A DNA stretch of 64,000 nt, from assembly GCA_965215885.1 (NCBI GenBank), contig CBDCEW010000098.1, positions 32,001 through 96,000 on the forward strand, written 5' to 3'. Under the pieces are notes generated by a model that saw nothing but the letters and a program-made list of their open reading frames with translations, did no database searches and had not been told where the DNA came from. A program made the translations under genes and the position numbers. Shown here piece after piece: positions 62,451 to 64,000 of this stretch. This DNA comes from Candidatus Moanibacter sp. (GTDB taxonomy: Bacteria > Verrucomicrobiota > Verrucomicrobiia > Opitutales > UBA2987). Within the stretch, counting starts at the first letter, position 1. Each line of letters starts with the position of its first letter.

Positions 62451-63024
62451 ATTCGTTGCAGAATTCTGATTTTAATATCTGGTGGCGAAGGCCCTTTTTC
62501 CCTCGCTCGTAATGCCTGCGCGCTGCACCGATGGAAATACCCATAACTTCGGCTGCTTCGCGTATACTGAGGTGATGGTAGAAGACAAGGTGCAGGACTT
62601 CGCGCTGCCTTGATGGCAAGTGGCCGAGAACTTCAATCAAAAGAGCTGCTACCTGTGAACGGTTGATCGCCTCCGAAACTGTGTCGACAGGAGGATTGAG
62701 CAGCAGGGATTTCCGAAACTTCCTGAGGCTGAAAAGATTGAGGAGATTGCGGCGCCGCATATCGGCCGCTGTGTTTCGAATAATGGCAAAAACCCAGGTT
62801 TTGTAGTTCGCTCGTTTCCTGTAATGGGTTTTGCCACTGAGGATCTTTAAATAAGCCGACTGCAACACGTCTTCGGCATCAGGCCGGTTTCTGGAGCAAC
62901 AGTGCATAGCCCACCCGAAACACTCCTCGTGGAGTTGCTCAAGGTGAGCGCGAAAGCCGGCAGTACCCTTGTCCGACTCACCGGTTGGTTTAGTTTCCAT
63001 TACCCATCTTCCCTTATTTCTCAC
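62392..63024 (-). CDS. ECF RNA polymerase sigma factor (start probably 63000)
   Basis: DAEDVLQSAY, KTWVFAIIRN and LPSRQREVLHLVFY..SIREAAEVMG motifs. Confidence 0.92.
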   Translation of the reverse strand: MRNKGRWVMETKPTGESDKGTAGFRAHLEQLHEECFGWAMHCCSRNRPDAEDVLQSAYLKILSGKTHYRKRANYKTWVFAIIRNTAADMRRRNLLNLFSLRKFRKSLLLNPPVDTVSEAINRSQVAALLIEVLGHLPSRQREVLHLVFYHHLSIREAAEVMGISIGAARRHYERGKKGLRHQILKSEFCNEYELGEICYKGTLSRTQTAG

Positions 63025-63190
63025 TTAGTCGTTCCGCACCACTGAGTATATGACATAATTGCGGAAAAAAATTACCCTCACGAAGTTGGCGGTCACTTTC
63101 TTGCGAAAACGCCTACAGATATCAACGACTTACGGTACACTATAGCCGACCCGCTCAGCGGGAAAAGCACGTGGGAATTTCTCCGCGGAA

Positions 63191-64000
63191 TCATGACATA
63201 AGGTCATTTCCCAGTGCATCCTTAAAGAGCCGGGCAATTTCGTCGGTTTCCGGACGCAATAGCAATTCCTCCCCCCTCTGCGTCCTACGAAATACTGAGA
63301 CTGGCCCGCTCTCCGCGTGTCCGATAGCAGCAGTGGGAATATTCGCACTGTCAAGCGCAAGGCGAATCTTCGTCGCTTCCGAAGGCATCGCTGTTATGAG
63401 CAGGGCCCCAGAGGCAATCGAAGCGAGGGGATCTATATGAAGGACATTACAAATCCGTTGTGAGAGTAGAGGAATTGGGACGGAATCCGGATCTATGCAC
63501 AAAGAACAATTCGCCGCTTCAGCTAATTCCCAAAGCGCTCCCAGGACACCCCCTTCCGTGGGATCATGCATAGAGGATATCTTACCTGCCTCCCGTGCGA
63601 TTTGCGCATCTCGTATTATACTTATCCCCGGATCGTAGAGAAAACCTGAACATTCATCTAGCTCTCCGGGCTTCATTTGATCTTCGAGCATTGCGCGACA
63701 CTCTCGGGCGAGAATGGAGGTCGCCTCAATGGGCACTCCTTTTGTCAGCAGGATCTCATCTCCTGTTTGCATTCCACGCGGGGTAATAAGCTCACCCTTT
63801 TTAACTTCACCAATCATTGTGCCCACCACGATCGGTCGGTCCAATCCGTGCGTGATCTCGGTATGCCCTCCAATAACCGCCACTCCCAACTCGAGGCAGG
63901 TCTCATAAATCTGTCGGCTGATTTCTTCCGTCGTTTTCGAAGTGGTCCCAATTTCAGGCAGGAGGAGAGTGGCGAGAAACCAACGTGGAGTGGCGCCCGT
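63191..64000 (-). CDS. AIR synthase-related (HypE/ThiL-like) protein, 5' end outside the window
   Basis: GATPRWFLATLLLP, IGGHTE, MHDPTEGG and IASGALLI; the frame stays open to the window edge. Confidence 0.85.
   Translation of the reverse strand, partial: TGATPRWFLATLLLPEIGTTSKTTEEISRQIYETCLELGVAVIGGHTEITHGLDRPIVVGTMIGEVKKGELITPRGMQTGDEILLTKGVPIEATSILARECRAMLEDQMKPGELDECSGFLYDPGISIIRDAQIAREAGKISSMHDPTEGGVLGALWELAEAANCSLCIDPDSVPIPLLSQRICNVLHIDPLASIASGALLITAMPSEATKIRLALDSANIPTAAIGHAESGPVSVFRRTQRGEELLLRPETDEIARLFKDALGNDLMS

Overview
A roughly 52-55% GC bacterial chromosome segment. The protein styles of TopB, LpxK, SufT, OleA and the AK-like kinase suggest Verrucomicrobiota/Opitutia (inference only). 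Recognisable housekeeping genes: tricorn protease, xerC, sufT, sppA, rplU-rpmA, pheA, scpB, ilvD, pgi, rsmI, an RluA-family gene, adenosine deaminase, an M29 aminopeptidase, lpxK, topB, fbaA and an ECF sigma/anti-sigma/Spy module. Between these genes lies a dense set of palindromic and miniature mobile repeats. Main points of interest: (1) a decayed integron at about 4.6-9.3 kb, with an internally deleted intI, a candidate attI, attC-like sites and several broken cassette genes; (2) an operon of FAD desaturase-like, fabZ, fabI, oleA and oleB genes with no oleC/oleD in the window; (3) an intact IS4-family element inserted symmetrically into the centre of a 15-bp palindrome that recurs across the window, next to a 116-bp BIME-like tandem array; (4) CTAG-flanked MITEs placed on stop codons; (5) pheA split by a +1 frameshift at TTT-CGA exactly between the catalytic and ACT domains, and an FAD oxidoreductase split at an A-AAA-AAC slippery site; (6) a SufR-like regulator divergent from a Rieske-fusion gene, with two palindromic operators 26 bp apart; (7) an apparently inactive M14 peptidase and an uncharacterised SDR-cupin gene pair. 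No rRNA, tRNA, CRISPR array or cas gene was recognised. All calls were made by eye, without database searches.
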